Below, piece by piece: positions 1 to 11,110 of a stretch of 64,000 nt of DNA (position 1 is the stretch's first letter; each line of letters opens with the position of its first letter). The DNA lies in contig DF237372.1 in assembly GCA_000708835.1 (NCBI GenBank), positions 1 through 64,000 of the forward strand. The letters are read 5' to 3'. This DNA comes from Klebsormidium nitens. Its lineage: Eukaryota; Plantae; Klebsormidiophyceae. Position numbers and translations under genes: made by a program. A model generated the notes under the pieces. It saw only the letters and a program-made list of their open reading frames with translations. It ran no database searches and was not told the origin of the DNA.

Positions 1-346
1 CCGATGCGAACTTGACCCGATGCTGAACCTTCTTTAAGCAAAGATGCGAAAAGGAGCAGCCCGACCTTGCTGAAACATCAAACTAAGTCAAGCACTGCGT
101 CACATAACAGGGAGAGGTTACGGCTTGTTGCTCGGGTAGACTTTCGTCGACCCAACGACGGGACAACGAGAGGCCCTCTAACGGAAGATGTAAAAGAGGA
201 AACCGACCGTGCTGAAGCGCCACGTTCAATCCAAGAACCAACCAGATCAAAGGGAGGAGTTACGGTTGTGAAAGGCTTAGTTGAGCTTTCATTCAGCTTT
301 CTTCCACCAGCGCGAAGCCGATCAGACCGAGCGTATCCACACCCAC

Positions 347-3300
347 CCCATGTACTTGGCCGCTTGTAGCAATCCTCTTGATGTCCACGTTCAAGAAATG
401 GACAGGCGGATCCACGATGATGAACTCTTCCGTCGCGGTGTTGACTTCCATCTCGAGAAGGCCGGCGACGGAGATCGAGAGCGCGTTCACGCGGCCGGCC
501 GCGCGCTGGATCGTCGCAAGGCCGTCGGCACTTTTCCAGGGGGAGACCTGGAAGAGCATGTATCATGTTTGTGATTTGGCAGGACGAAAATCAGAATGTA
601 TGAGAAGGAGTAAACATCAACGAGCATCTCGGATTATTTTTTGTCGAAGCGCACTGTAGACCCCAGAAGGTCAGAACAGACTAAATCTGAAAGTATAAGG
701 GAAGAAAGAGAAAGCACGTTCTGACGCGGCCGCCCGCGCGCTGGATCGTCGCGAGGCCGTAGGCGTCTTCCCAGGGGAGACCTGGAAGAGCATGTATCAT
801 GTTTTTGAGTCGGCAGGACGATTATCAGAATGTATGAGAAGGAGTTGATATCCATGAGCTTCCGGAGATAGTGCTCTGTCGAAACGTAAAGTAGACCACA
901 GAAGATTAGAATCCAGAGAGATAGACGTATGAGAGAAGAAAAGAGCAATCAAGTTGTGACGCGTCTGGCTGCGCGCTGGAGCTGCCGAGACGGAGCTCTT
1001 CTAAGGGAAGACCTCAAGTGCGTCAGATTTGGACCGTTCAATGTGCAAAGATTCTCAAAAGAAGGGTCTGACAAGTATCAGCTAGACTCTCATCTCCGAG
1101 AGATCGACCGGGGTGTAGATTCTCACCTCTGAAGAGGGAAGCTTTGCCCCCCGAACGGTGGCGGGCACTCGAGGGATGTCTCATAGCGTTCATTTGATGA
1201 TAATGCTTTGATAACGGCTAGTCAGAGACGGAAAGGCAGCCGGTTGCGACGGAAATTGCGAGGGTTTGGTTTGGAGAGAGACCCGTTTAGTCTGAGAAGG
1301 ACCAGGAGAAGAAGCGGCCGGCTCGAAAGCCCGGGAACCGAGACAGCAGCCGAAGAAATAGAGGTTTGGATTCCGGTTGCGGTATCTTGTTTCCAATCTT
1401 TCCTAAGATTTCTATGGCTGACGACTTTACGTACGCTGACGCCGAGAGTGTACCGCTTTCTCCTGAAAGATCGACTACCAGTTGTGGAGGCGTCGAACAA
1501 GCCGCACGTCAAAGCATTCCAGAAGTTTGCCTCCCGGTTCGATCTCATGAACTTTGAAGCCCGCTTCGACTCCCGCAGCAAAGAGCTTTCGCATTCATGG
1601 AATAATATAGATCAAAGAGCTGCAGCTACAAAAAGCTAGCCTGAAATCACAGAGCGCTGCAGCCCCTGAGCAGATCTTAACACCGCCACAATAGAGACAC
1701 TCAATGCGGTCAAGCAAGGAGACTCACGGTGTCAAGAGTCGTCCTTTCCCACGCCGTGACAAACGGATGACGCCCGGCTCTGTCCGCTTCCGAGTCCATC
1801 ACGACCGTGATGTTGCGTTGTTCCCCAAAAGGGCTCAGGTACAAAATTCCGATCGCGCCCATCCACGTGCCGTCGTTGAATAAGTCGTCATCCTCTTCCG
1901 GACGGGCAAGAACCGTTGCGTTTGGCGGCAACCCGAACATTCGGACGTTCAGCTGCAAAGAGATAAGTGCTTCGCGATTGCAAAATTCTTGTTAAAGTCT
2001 ATCTCGTTTGAAGATCTCCGATCGCACCTATCCAAGTACCGTTTGCGTCCTCTTCCGGGGGGGCGAGAACCGTTGCGTTTGGCGGCACTCTGAACACTCG
2101 GACGTTCAGCTGCGGAATACAGACGATCTAAGGGTTCGCCAACATCTATCAAGGTCTGATCACCCAAACCGATCCCCGTGTTATCTTTGAAAAACGAAAA
2201 AGTCGGAAGTCTTCGTCCGGACGGCAATTCGACGGTGGCGTCCAAAAAGATTCGGAACATTCGGACGTTCAGCTGCAGGAGAAGGATAAATTTACAGCAA
2301 GGGAATCCCATCCATCCATGTACCGTCGTCGAAGCTTTCGAAGTCTTGCGCTGGAATGGCGAACAGTGGCCAAATGTTCGACGGTCAAATTGAGGAGAGT
2401 GCGCCATAGCAAGTAACACTCTGATTCGTGGCCAGGTATAGGCGCCTATTCCCAGCGCCTGAGATCAAAGTTTCATCATGAAAAGGTTGGTTCCAGACAG
2501 CAACAAAAGCTAGCTTCTTGAGAGGCGTTGCTCCTTAAGTAGCTGTTATTGTTGTTCATCAGCGGACGTCCGTCATCAGCAGGTCGGGGAAAAACGAGAT
2601 CGGGAAGAACCAAGGTACCGGATTCCAATGAAGCCTGTGTCGCTCGTGCTTCCGCTGTTGGATCAGCAGGCCAACAAACCATTTCAAGGCTTCAAAACAC
2701 TTCTACCCGGCCCTTCTACTTCTCAGAATGAAGACCCTTGACAAAAAGGCGGGTTTCGACCAAACCGTTCCTGATCGCACAGTGGGCACCGATCGAGTTG
2801 CATCAGTGGATCATGGTAGCTGCAGCTTCCACAGGAGCTGAGCTCTTACTAGTATGACAAGAAAACTCCAAGTACCTTAAATACCAGATGCATTCGCACC
2901 AAAACTCATACTAAACCGGCCCAAAGTAACTTCATCCAGCCTTGGACGGTTCTTTCAAATATGGGCTGTCGAGAGAAAGCGGGAGTGTGAGACGTACCTG
3001 ACTTGGGAAGCCATTGTGGGTCCGAATAACGGGGAACATAAATGAGAGAAGGGAGCCAAAGTCAGAATAGGCAGCCAACCTCGATCAGCTCGAAGGGGCC
3101 TTACCGCGAGTCTTGTGTCTGTGACCATACAGTAGGTCTGACCACTCGCTCCATGGAAGTCGAATGTGAATTCTGTCGCGCCCGTGACGCCCTTCAGAAC
3201 GAAATGGGGGTCACCCTCTCCCACCGATGCCGTGCCACCTGCCGATAAGCAAAGGCAGAACCTTCAGGGCCTGGGGTTCCGAAGGCTCTCCGTTGCATCG

Positions 3301-5895
3301 ACTCTGAATGCACGGAAGGGCTGCAGGAAGTTGGATTGGAACTTTGGGTATCCTTACTGGGAGGAGCATCACAATCTAAACACAACCCGAGCTTATATTG
3401 ACGGCGGAGCTGTTTCGATCAGAAGCGCGTGATTGGGAAGGTCCGGAAAAGTGACGTTTCGATTGGATGCGATTCAATAGAAGAAGGACTGGTCTCGTTC
3501 GTCGGCTCGCAGGCACTCATGCCAACCTGGCATAATCCTGCTTGTCTGATTAAAACTTTGTTAAAGGAGGTCTCGCATGGAGCAACGCTTCTGGGCAAGC
3601 GAAGTGAAAAAGCGTTTCTTTGTTAAAGCGTTTTTTTGTTAAAGGGGCCTCGCATGTTCGTCTTCAAGTCAGCAATATTGTAAAAGGGATGTTGGCAATA
3701 TTCGTGCCACAAGCTAGTCATGCTCGACTAGCGTGATGAAGCGTCCAATCTGCTGATAACTTCCAACAGAAGTTGAGGCGGTAGGACTTACCAGGAATAA
3801 AATGACTGGGTTGCAAACCGGGCAGGTGAAATCAGGTACCTCTTACGCAAACGGTCTGAGCCTAGAAGTGAATGGTTGTCTAAATCGACGCTTTTATCTG
3901 CCCAGTTTTCGTTTGGGGATCTGCTTGAAAGAAGTACCAGGAGTGCAGCTCCTGACCGGCGAACTTCAGTAAAAGCGAGATCCCTGAGGCGATGACTTAA
4001 GCTAGCCCAGAAGAGAGAAAACCTGCACTTGCTAGGTCCCGGAAAGAACATTCGTACACGTTCCGAACAACCCTCAACCCAAAACGATCGACACAATTTA
4101 AGGCAGCTTAAATTCCAAGAAGCGGAAACTGTTCACACAACTCACTTGAGCAGTTCCCAACATAGTACCCAACGCCGGAATCGAAGTCGCCGCTGAAGGT
4201 CGCCTTCGCAGGGTCGCAGCACAGGGGGCCGGGCAACGCTTCGTCCGCCGGTACGTAGCAGATCCCCTCGAGCCCTGGACAACACGGGCCGTTCACCGAG
4301 CACAGACTTTGCTGCAGTCCAGGGCAGCACTGACCGCCTTCCCCGTTACCGGCGTACGAGTTGACGGACAAGTCGCAGCACACCGAATTGGTGCACGTCT
4401 CCCCGACCGCGCAGCATCTGCCGCCGCACGGGTCGGCGCCTGGCGCGCAGCAACCGGAGGGAGTGCACGACTCCCCGGCCGCGCAGCATTGGCCAAGGCA
4501 CGAGTCGACCCCGACCCCGGGGCAACAAACCGAGCGGCTGTCGGGGAACGTTACGAGCTCCGAGTTGTCGCGCGGGCAGCACTCAAAACTCTGCTGCCCG
4601 TTCGCGAGTGTATTCACACTGCACGTGCCGGCGCAGCAACGGCCGCCGCAGTCGATTGCGCCCAGCCCCGGGCAGCAACCGACACGGTCCACGAGCGTAT
4701 TCACACTCGTGTCGCAGCACTGGTATTCCGGGACGCCGCTCTGGAAGGCGAACGGGACGTATTTACACCCATCCCCCGGAGCGCAGCACGTGCCGTTGCA
4801 GGAGACGGTGTTCAAACCCGGACAGCACAGACCGCTCACGGGAATGAGCGTGTTTTTGGTCGTGTCGCAGCAGACGAAAGACGCGGGCCCGATGCTGTTG
4901 CCGTAAGCCTGGCAAATGCCGGGGGCGCCGCAGCACTTTGCACCGCAGACGCGGTCGTTTGGGCAGCAGGTATTGTCGAGGAATGTGTTTTGGGTCTCGT
5001 CACAGCAGAAGAACTCGTCCGGTCCCGGGTATGCGCTCCCCGCGAGCCCTTTCACACAGTGCCGGCAACAGTCCGGAAAGACCGCCCCGTTCGCGTGGCG
5101 CTTGAAACAGTACTCGGAGTTCACGCCCGGACAGCACTGGTTGATATTCGGGAAGAACGTGTCGACGCCCGGTTCGCAGCACTTCCCGTAGACGTCGCAG
5201 CGCCCCACGGCCGAGCAGCAGGTCTTCGTCGTCGTGCAGGCCTTTGCGTTGAGCCCCGGACAGCACTGGAAGATCTGCCCGTAGTCAATCAGCGTGTTTT
5301 GGGTCGTGTCGCAGACACAAACCCCGTTGCTGCATTGGCTCCCTTTTGGGCAGCACTGACCGTTACACACCGTAGCCCCCTCCCGGCAGCATATTCCTGT
5401 TCCCGGAACAAGCACTCCCCCCGCGGCCGCCGAGCAACAGCCCAATATGCACTGGTCCCCCCCAGTGCAGCACGCCCCGTCGCAGCACGTGTTTCCCGCA
5501 GACGTGGCGACGCCAAAGTATGTCCCCGCGGGGGCAAAACAGCAGCTTTCCTCAACTTTGCAGCACTCCCCGAATTGCTCGTCTCCGGCGGGGGGGCAGC
5601 ATTTGGGCCGGCCAATGGGACAGCAGCTGTAGCCGGAGATGAAGCCAAAGTCGCCTTGGTAGCAGCACTCCCTAGGAAAGTTGGGGTTTGCTGGGTGTCT
5701 GGTCAGGGTGGAGCATTGTTGGAGAGTGGAGGCTGGGCATTGGGCAGATGCAGGGGGAAGTAGAGGAAACTTGGGGCTCGCCATGAGGAGAAGGAAAAGA
5801 ACGTTAACGGCGGTCCAGTGCGCGGCGCCTTTCTGAGCCCTGGGATGAACGGTGGCGCAGCAGGAGCGCCGGTGCACAGCTGGTGGCGGCGCCAT
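347..5895 (-). CDS. Secreted Cys-rich repeat protein with a C-terminal root-cap/LEA-related (VWD-like, GDPH) domain; exons 5895-4146, 3238-3105, 1952-1728, 547-347; last exon(s) not found, probably left of the window
   Basis: Exon 1 has a signal-like segment (VNVLFLLLMA...ASA|QC) and about 7 CCDxxxN...CCPG repeats. GT-AG junctions join in phase (TCA A|GT GGC; GCG|CTG; ACC|GTC). The spliced product reads EGDPHFVLKG...FDFHGASGQTYCMVTD, LNVRMF...DGTWMGAIGILY and GQVHG. These match, from memory, the plant root-cap family motifs [37 protein letters not shown]. Confidence 0.8.
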
Positions 5896-6821
5896 GACGT
5901 ATGTTGGTGTTTTCCTGGTTGATTACGTCCTGGATGACCTAACTTGATTGATCAATCTGCGCTGCAAAATATGACCCAGAACTCACCCACTCCGCAAAAC
6001 AACCAACTCTAACCACCAAGTTAACCCCCAGGACCCCAGGTACTCATCTGACGTACCCAGCTCTGAGTCTCAAGTCACGCAAGAGTCACTGCAGTCCCTG
6101 TGTTCCCTCATCAATGTACAGATGCCATGAACGTTGAAAAGTTGGGGAGCGGTTTGCAGCTCCGGCTGCCGCGCTTCTCGTTTCTCCAACAGGCAGAAAG
6201 CTGATGGACAGGGCGTGGTCCAAGCTTGCTCCAGGCTGCAGCATGTTTGAATCATCTGTTTTCTTGATTGCTTTGTCACTCTAGCTGAGCCGTTCTGAAG
6301 TCTGATGCCTGACAGTGAAGGCTGAAGAGGCGACTCCTGAAACTCCATACGGTGACCATACCATACCAGTGGGTAGTCGAGTACCAAGGCAGCAGGCTGT
6401 ACCTACCGGGTACGGTGTACCTACGAAGCGCCGCTACCCAGACTGGTACTACCGCGACACCTAGCTGGATAAGACCTAAGCTGCGCAATCATTGATTGGT
6501 CCCCTGGTTTTGCGGTGTTGACATAAAATCAGGTGCATCATAAGTGCTGTTGCTCATCATTTTCATGACCAACTCATCCTGGATCGTCCGATATGTTGGG
6601 CCCCTGAATCGGACGGACCGCGTTGGACAATAGTTGGACAATCTACGACAATGTCAGGGCTATAATCATGGCAATTGGGACTCAGCCTCTCAGGGTTTAC
6701 ACTGGGGTTGACAGTGCGGCCGCCGCGCGCCGCCGCCCACCACGCAAAATTGCAGAGAAAAAAGACGCGGTACTCCAGTGTCAGGAGCTTTCAGCTTTGT
6801 CAAAAGCTTTCAGCAGAAAAC

Positions 6822-8186
6822 ATGGCGAGAGTTTGTGCGGTGCTTGCAGCGTCCTTATGGCTCCTCTCCACCCTCTGCACATGCACCGGCGGAGCGCTTA
6901 CTCCTGGTTTGTCGCTCCCCGAGCCAGCCCCGCTTAACAACGTTCTGCGCACCAAATATTCCAACTGGACGAACCCCTTGCTCGGGGAACCCCCCCGGGC
7001 GCTTCAAGTGATCAAGTGCCAGTCCATTGCAAGCGGTCCCGTGTATGAATTCTACCAGGTGGAAACGCCCAGTTATGCCTGCCAATATCCCCCCCCCATT
7101 GTGACGGAGTTTCTCCCAAAGCGGGCGAAAGTTGCGCGGAGAGCGTTGTCTGTAGCGGTTTACATTGGCATGGTTGTCGGGGGAATGATACTGTGGGGGC
7201 TGATTCTGTTTTCTCCCTTCATTGTCGGGGTTTTGGCTCTTTCTATAGCCCTGTGCGTAATGTGCACGGGGTTTAGCATTAGGGATTGCTTCCGACCTTT
7301 CAAGTCACCAGGGGAAAAGGCCGGAAATGAGCAAGAAAGGAATCCTCCAGCGGTACTACTTAACGAAAGTGTGGAGAAAGGTGGCTCTGTCTGGGTGTCA
7401 AATGGGTCTGCAGGGCAGACGGAGATAGAGGGAGGCAAACCAGATCCCAGCGCCCTCTTTGAAACGATGAAGTTAGAGATCGGCTGGAAAGACTCAGACA
7501 TCGTGGCTGAGAAGAGCTCTTCAAGGCCTCAGTGTAAGGAGTTTAATCCCTTCTCGTTCAGTCTGGGAGACCTGGAAACTGGCTCTCCAGAACCCCCGAG
7601 TGAGTCCTCAGAAGAGGTCACCAACACAATCACACCGGAAACTCTGTCAGAATCCAAGTGGCAACCACAAGTTACTGCTCACGGGTCTTCAGAATCCACG
7701 CAACCCAAAAAGCGCAGCACCTCCCGTCTCCTCATTCAGCTCCTCAGCGTCCTGGTTTTCCTCGCGCTCCTAGTTCTCGCCCCCTTCACAATCCGTGGGA
7801 CCGTCCGGTGCTTCATCGATGACGTCACGCTCCACCGGGTCGGCCCGGTTCCCCTCCCCGACCTAACCGGGTTAGCCAATGTAACCCTGAAGCGGTGCGT
7901 AACGGACAACCTGCAGTTCTACGTCGGCGTTCCGGACAGCTGCGCTCAGCTCGGGGATCCCTACGGGGGGCGTTTGCCGGTCGGAGGACCGACGGGCGCT
8001 CCCCGAGACTGTCCCCCCGGTTATACTTTTGTCGCCTTTGTGGTGATAGCAACGCCGGGCGCCGTCTGTCTTGTTTTGATGTTTTGGGCGATGTCGGTTC
8101 CTTCGGGGGGTGGACGTCAGGATGCCAAAGCGAGAATCGAAGGAGAGAAACAAAACGACGCAGAATCAGTGAGGCGGTACAATTAG
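6822..8186 (+). CDS. Single-exon membrane protein of unknown function (signal peptide plus 3-4 TM segments)
   Basis: The ORF 6675-8186 has no stops. ATG 6822 begins MARVCAVLAASLWLLSTLCTCTGG. Hydrophobic stretches: ALSVAVYIGMVVGGMILWGLILFSPFIVGVLALSIALCVMC, LLIQLLSVLVFLALLVLAPF, YTFVAFVVIATPGAVCLVLMFWAM. Confidence 0.75.
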   Translation: MARVCAVLAASLWLLSTLCTCTGGALTPGLSLPEPAPLNNVLRTKYSNWTNPLLGEPPRALQVIKCQSIASGPVYEFYQVETPSYACQYPPPIVTEFLPKRAKVARRALSVAVYIGMVVGGMILWGLILFSPFIVGVLALSIALCVMCTGFSIRDCFRPFKSPGEKAGNEQERNPPAVLLNESVEKGGSVWVSNGSAGQTEIEGGKPDPSALFETMKLEIGWKDSDIVAEKSSSRPQCKEFNPFSFSLGDLETGSPEPPSESSEEVTNTITPETLSESKWQPQVTAHGSSESTQPKKRSTSRLLIQLLSVLVFLALLVLAPFTIRGTVRCFIDDVTLHRVGPVPLPDLTGLANVTLKRCVTDNLQFYVGVPDSCAQLGDPYGGRLPVGGPTGAPRDCPPGYTFVAFVVIATPGAVCLVLMFWAMSVPSGGGRQDAKARIEGEKQNDAESVRRYN

Positions 8187-8420
8187 AAACGAACCGCAAA
8201 GAAAGTGAGGAGTTGTTAGGTGTTAGTCAACGGTACAGGGTGCTTAGAGCAGCAGTGGTGGGCAGGGTGTGTGAGAGACGGCGACAGTTGGACGAGAGAA
8301 CCAAAGCGACGCGGATTCAGTGAGGAGTTAGGGAGATATCGAGGAACGAAGCGTAGAAGGAGGCGAGCGGGGCAAAATCTCGTCAACGGTTGAAGGTGCT
8401 TAGAGCAGCAATGGTGGGGA
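8143..8420 (+). repeat. Degenerate tandem duplication (period about 151-156 bp) of the last codons and 3' flank of the membrane-protein gene
   Basis: gagagaaacaaaacgacgcagaatcagtgagg (8143) versus gagagaaccaaagcgacgcggattcagtgagg (8294); gtcaacggtacagggtgcttagagcagcagtggtggg (8226) versus gtcaacggttgaaggtgcttagagcagcaatggtggg (8382). Confidence 0.85.
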
Positions 8421-9496
8421 GCGAGAACTACGCAGCTGGAGAGCTAGAAGTAGGGGTCTGTCTTGCTCTTGGGAGGTCGTCTAGTTGGATAAAACTTCCG
8501 TGTATATAGGTTGTTTGGCAGAGTCGTAGTGCTGAGAGCTTCTAGTCTGCTGATGTCAGAGAGTGGTTCGATGTTGCATGGATAGGCAGGAAGAGAAGCA
8601 TTTCTGACAGGAGCAAAAACCTTCGTAGGGATATCTGGCGCAGGCACTTTCTGGGTGTTCGATTGAGGTGGATTTGTGAGTGTTCGATTCCATGAAGTGT
8701 CACGTGTTCGATCCCATGAATGTGCACATTGTCGGTCTCGAAAGAGTGATGAAGTCTGATATTGGATGGCATCACGAAGTGCATCCACACAATGCTGTCG
8801 ATATATTCTTGTCTGGCAATATGCCTGCAACAATCAAATGATTGGATGCCCCGCGCGCGAGACTACACGGATGCTAGCGGTCGTCGTTCCTCCAGAAATA
8901 ACTGAAGGCAGTCAGAAACGGACTAGGAAGCTGATCAAATTGTCAATGACAAATCTTGTGGGTCGAATTGCATGCCGATTTGCCCATGAATCAAAGATTG
9001 CCGTTCCAAGCCCTCGCGCTTCCATTGGTTTACATGCGTAAGATGCCGTGAAGAATACGTACTTGAGAAATAGCACATGCAGCCGAGATAAGTAGACTAC
9101 TGACGGAAGCGAACGGAAATCTCTCCGCCACAGAGGAAGTACTGAACCTGTCAAACGTGTTACTGCCACGCATGCAGTTAAACCCAAGCTGGTTGAAAGA
9201 TACATGCATCCATTTTCGAAGTTTCCGTTTTCCATCAGGCTTTCGGAGTCACTTAAGCTCAAGCGGTTTAGCTCAGCGGTATGAGATTACGACAACCCAA
9301 GCTTCAAAAGCACCATACGTGACTCCGCTTGTCCCCTGTCCCGTTCTAGCCGGCAACTGTCAACTTGCGAGTGGCGGATGAAGGACTTACATCGTGAACA
9401 TTGATACAACGATCGCTGGTGTTCGTCGCCAAATCAATGTCGCTGCTAAATCTTCTAGTTGAGGCCCGTTTCTTAACTATGCGCCCCAAGAAGCGC

Positions 9497-11110
9497 CTAT
9501 CTCCATACCTCGTTAGGCGAGCTCACACCGTTCATAGACAAGCCTCTTCTCTGCCTCCTCGCATGCTCCTTCGCGCCCGTCGAACCGCTCTGCTTCATCT
9601 GCTTCAACACTCGCTTCTTCTCGAGAACCGCCTCCCACAAATCATCAGCGCTCCGCACTCTTCTTTCCCGGTCTGATCCAGAAGCCTCTAGTTCTTTGTC
9701 TTCCGTCCAGCCATTTCTGACGCCGTTTGTGGATCTTTCCTCTGGCAAGTCAAACAACCCCCCGCGACTTCTTCCGACGGTTTCCACCGATCCATTCTGA
9801 GATTCTCTCCACCGATTCCCCTCTTCTCCGCTCGACACGTCCGACTCACCGAGTGCTCCAACCGACTGCTTCCAACTGCTTTCCCTTCTTTCCTCGTCAG
9901 CCCAGCGCTTTAGAACAGACCCATCCGCACTCACCGCGCCGCTGACGTCATCCGTTCGCCCACCTGAACTAGCACCGGCGATCACAAGCCTTTTGCCGAT
10001 GTCATCCACTCGCTCCCTTGACGCAACACCAGCAAACCTTCCCTCCAATCTCTCGTTTACGGGCCATTTAGTGACGCAATCTCTTCGCTCGGGGTAAGAA
10101 GAAAGCGGAACCTCCGCTCGGGGCTGGTCTAGTTCGGTCCGGGGGGATACTATCTCTAGTCTCACCCAGTCTGCGATCCGCCCCCTCAGCGCGAGGTTTG
10201 GGATCCTAGCAGTGGTTTGAACAGTTTCCCACGTCACCGGACACGTGTCTCTTCCCCGAGAAAACCACCAGTCAATGTACTCCCTTTCGAAGCTGTGCCC
10301 GGTCGCGAGAAGGAGAACCGGGTCGCGCATCAGCTCACCGGAAAGCGGACAGATGAATTCCGGCGGAACGTCCGTAGAAACGTTCACCGGAGCGCTCGTC
10401 GCGTTCGCGAGCGCGTGGTTAATCTCGTCGACAAACCGGGTTACCTCGTCCTTTATCCCCCGGGTAGTCTTCCGAAGCACCGGGGGGCCCGTGGGCAGCT
10501 CGCAGAACTGAGTTCCGGCGGAGTTCCGGCGGAGGGCCGGCGGATTTTCCCGGGCAGAATCCTCCCCGCCGTTACGATCAGCCGCCGCTTTTAAAGCCCG
10601 GTAAACTTTCTCCATGACACTCGCCTCCGTCCGCTGCTTATCTCTCAGAAGCGCCGCAGTTCGCGCCCGGTGGAGCGCTCCGGGGGGTAAGTTTACCGGG
10701 CGCAGCACCCCCCCGGGCCACCCAGTGACCCCCCAGATCGTCGCGGCGCCTTTTGTCCCTAGCGCAATCACCCCCTGCGGGGGCCCAGAATGCCCGTTGG
10801 TCCACCCCCGCTCAAGCGCACGATCCTGCTTAGCTTTCAGCGCTTCTTCAATATCGGCCTCTAGACTTGTTGCCTCGTCTGGGTTTACTCGATTCCACCT
10901 CGTTGCTTTTGGCACGTTGAGCGAAACCCGTCTGCTTTTCCGTTCCCCGGCAAAGGGCCACGTGTCGCTGTTTTCTTCCTCCGGGGGGTCCCAAGACGCC
11001 TGTCTTGTGCCCCCCATTTCGAGGAGGGTCTCGAGCCTGGTTGGAGAAGGGGACGACATTGACCTCATCCAGTCGACGGCCAGTTCAAAGGGCGCACGGT
11101 CCATCTGCAT
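9497..11110 (-). CDS. U-box domain protein (putative E3 ubiquitin ligase) with an uncharacterised N-terminal region and disordered C-terminus; upstream exons possible
   Basis: 537-aa ORF containing VPPEFICPLSGELMRDPVLLLATGHSFEREYIDWWFSRGRDTCPVT...IPNLALRGRIADW, which fits the plant U-box consensus P.EF.CP.S.ELM.DPV....G.T(Y/F)ER..I..W....TCP. Confidence 0.9.
   Translation of the reverse strand: MQMDRAPFELAVDWMRSMSSPSPTRLETLLEMGGTRQASWDPPEEENSDTWPFAGERKSRRVSLNVPKATRWNRVNPDEATSLEADIEEALKAKQDRALERGWTNGHSGPPQGVIALGTKGAATIWGVTGWPGGVLRPVNLPPGALHRARTAALLRDKQRTEASVMEKVYRALKAAADRNGGEDSARENPPALRRNSAGTQFCELPTGPPVLRKTTRGIKDEVTRFVDEINHALANATSAPVNVSTDVPPEFICPLSGELMRDPVLLLATGHSFEREYIDWWFSRGRDTCPVTWETVQTTARIPNLALRGRIADWVRLEIVSPRTELDQPRAEVPLSSYPERRDCVTKWPVNERLEGRFAGVASRERVDDIGKRLVIAGASSGGRTDDVSGAVSADGSVLKRWADEERRESSWKQSVGALGESDVSSGEEGNRWRESQNGSVETVGRSRGGLFDLPEERSTNGVRNGWTEDKELEASGSDRERRVRSADDLWEAVLEKKRVLKQMKQSGSTGAKEHARRQRRGLSMNGVSSPNEVWR

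Noticed and set aside
4309-5763. 484-aa plus-strand ORF, and similar shadow ORFs over the U-box, eIFiso4G and 62565-63494 regions
   Set aside because: These are antisense shadows of GC-rich coding exons with no independent domain signal.
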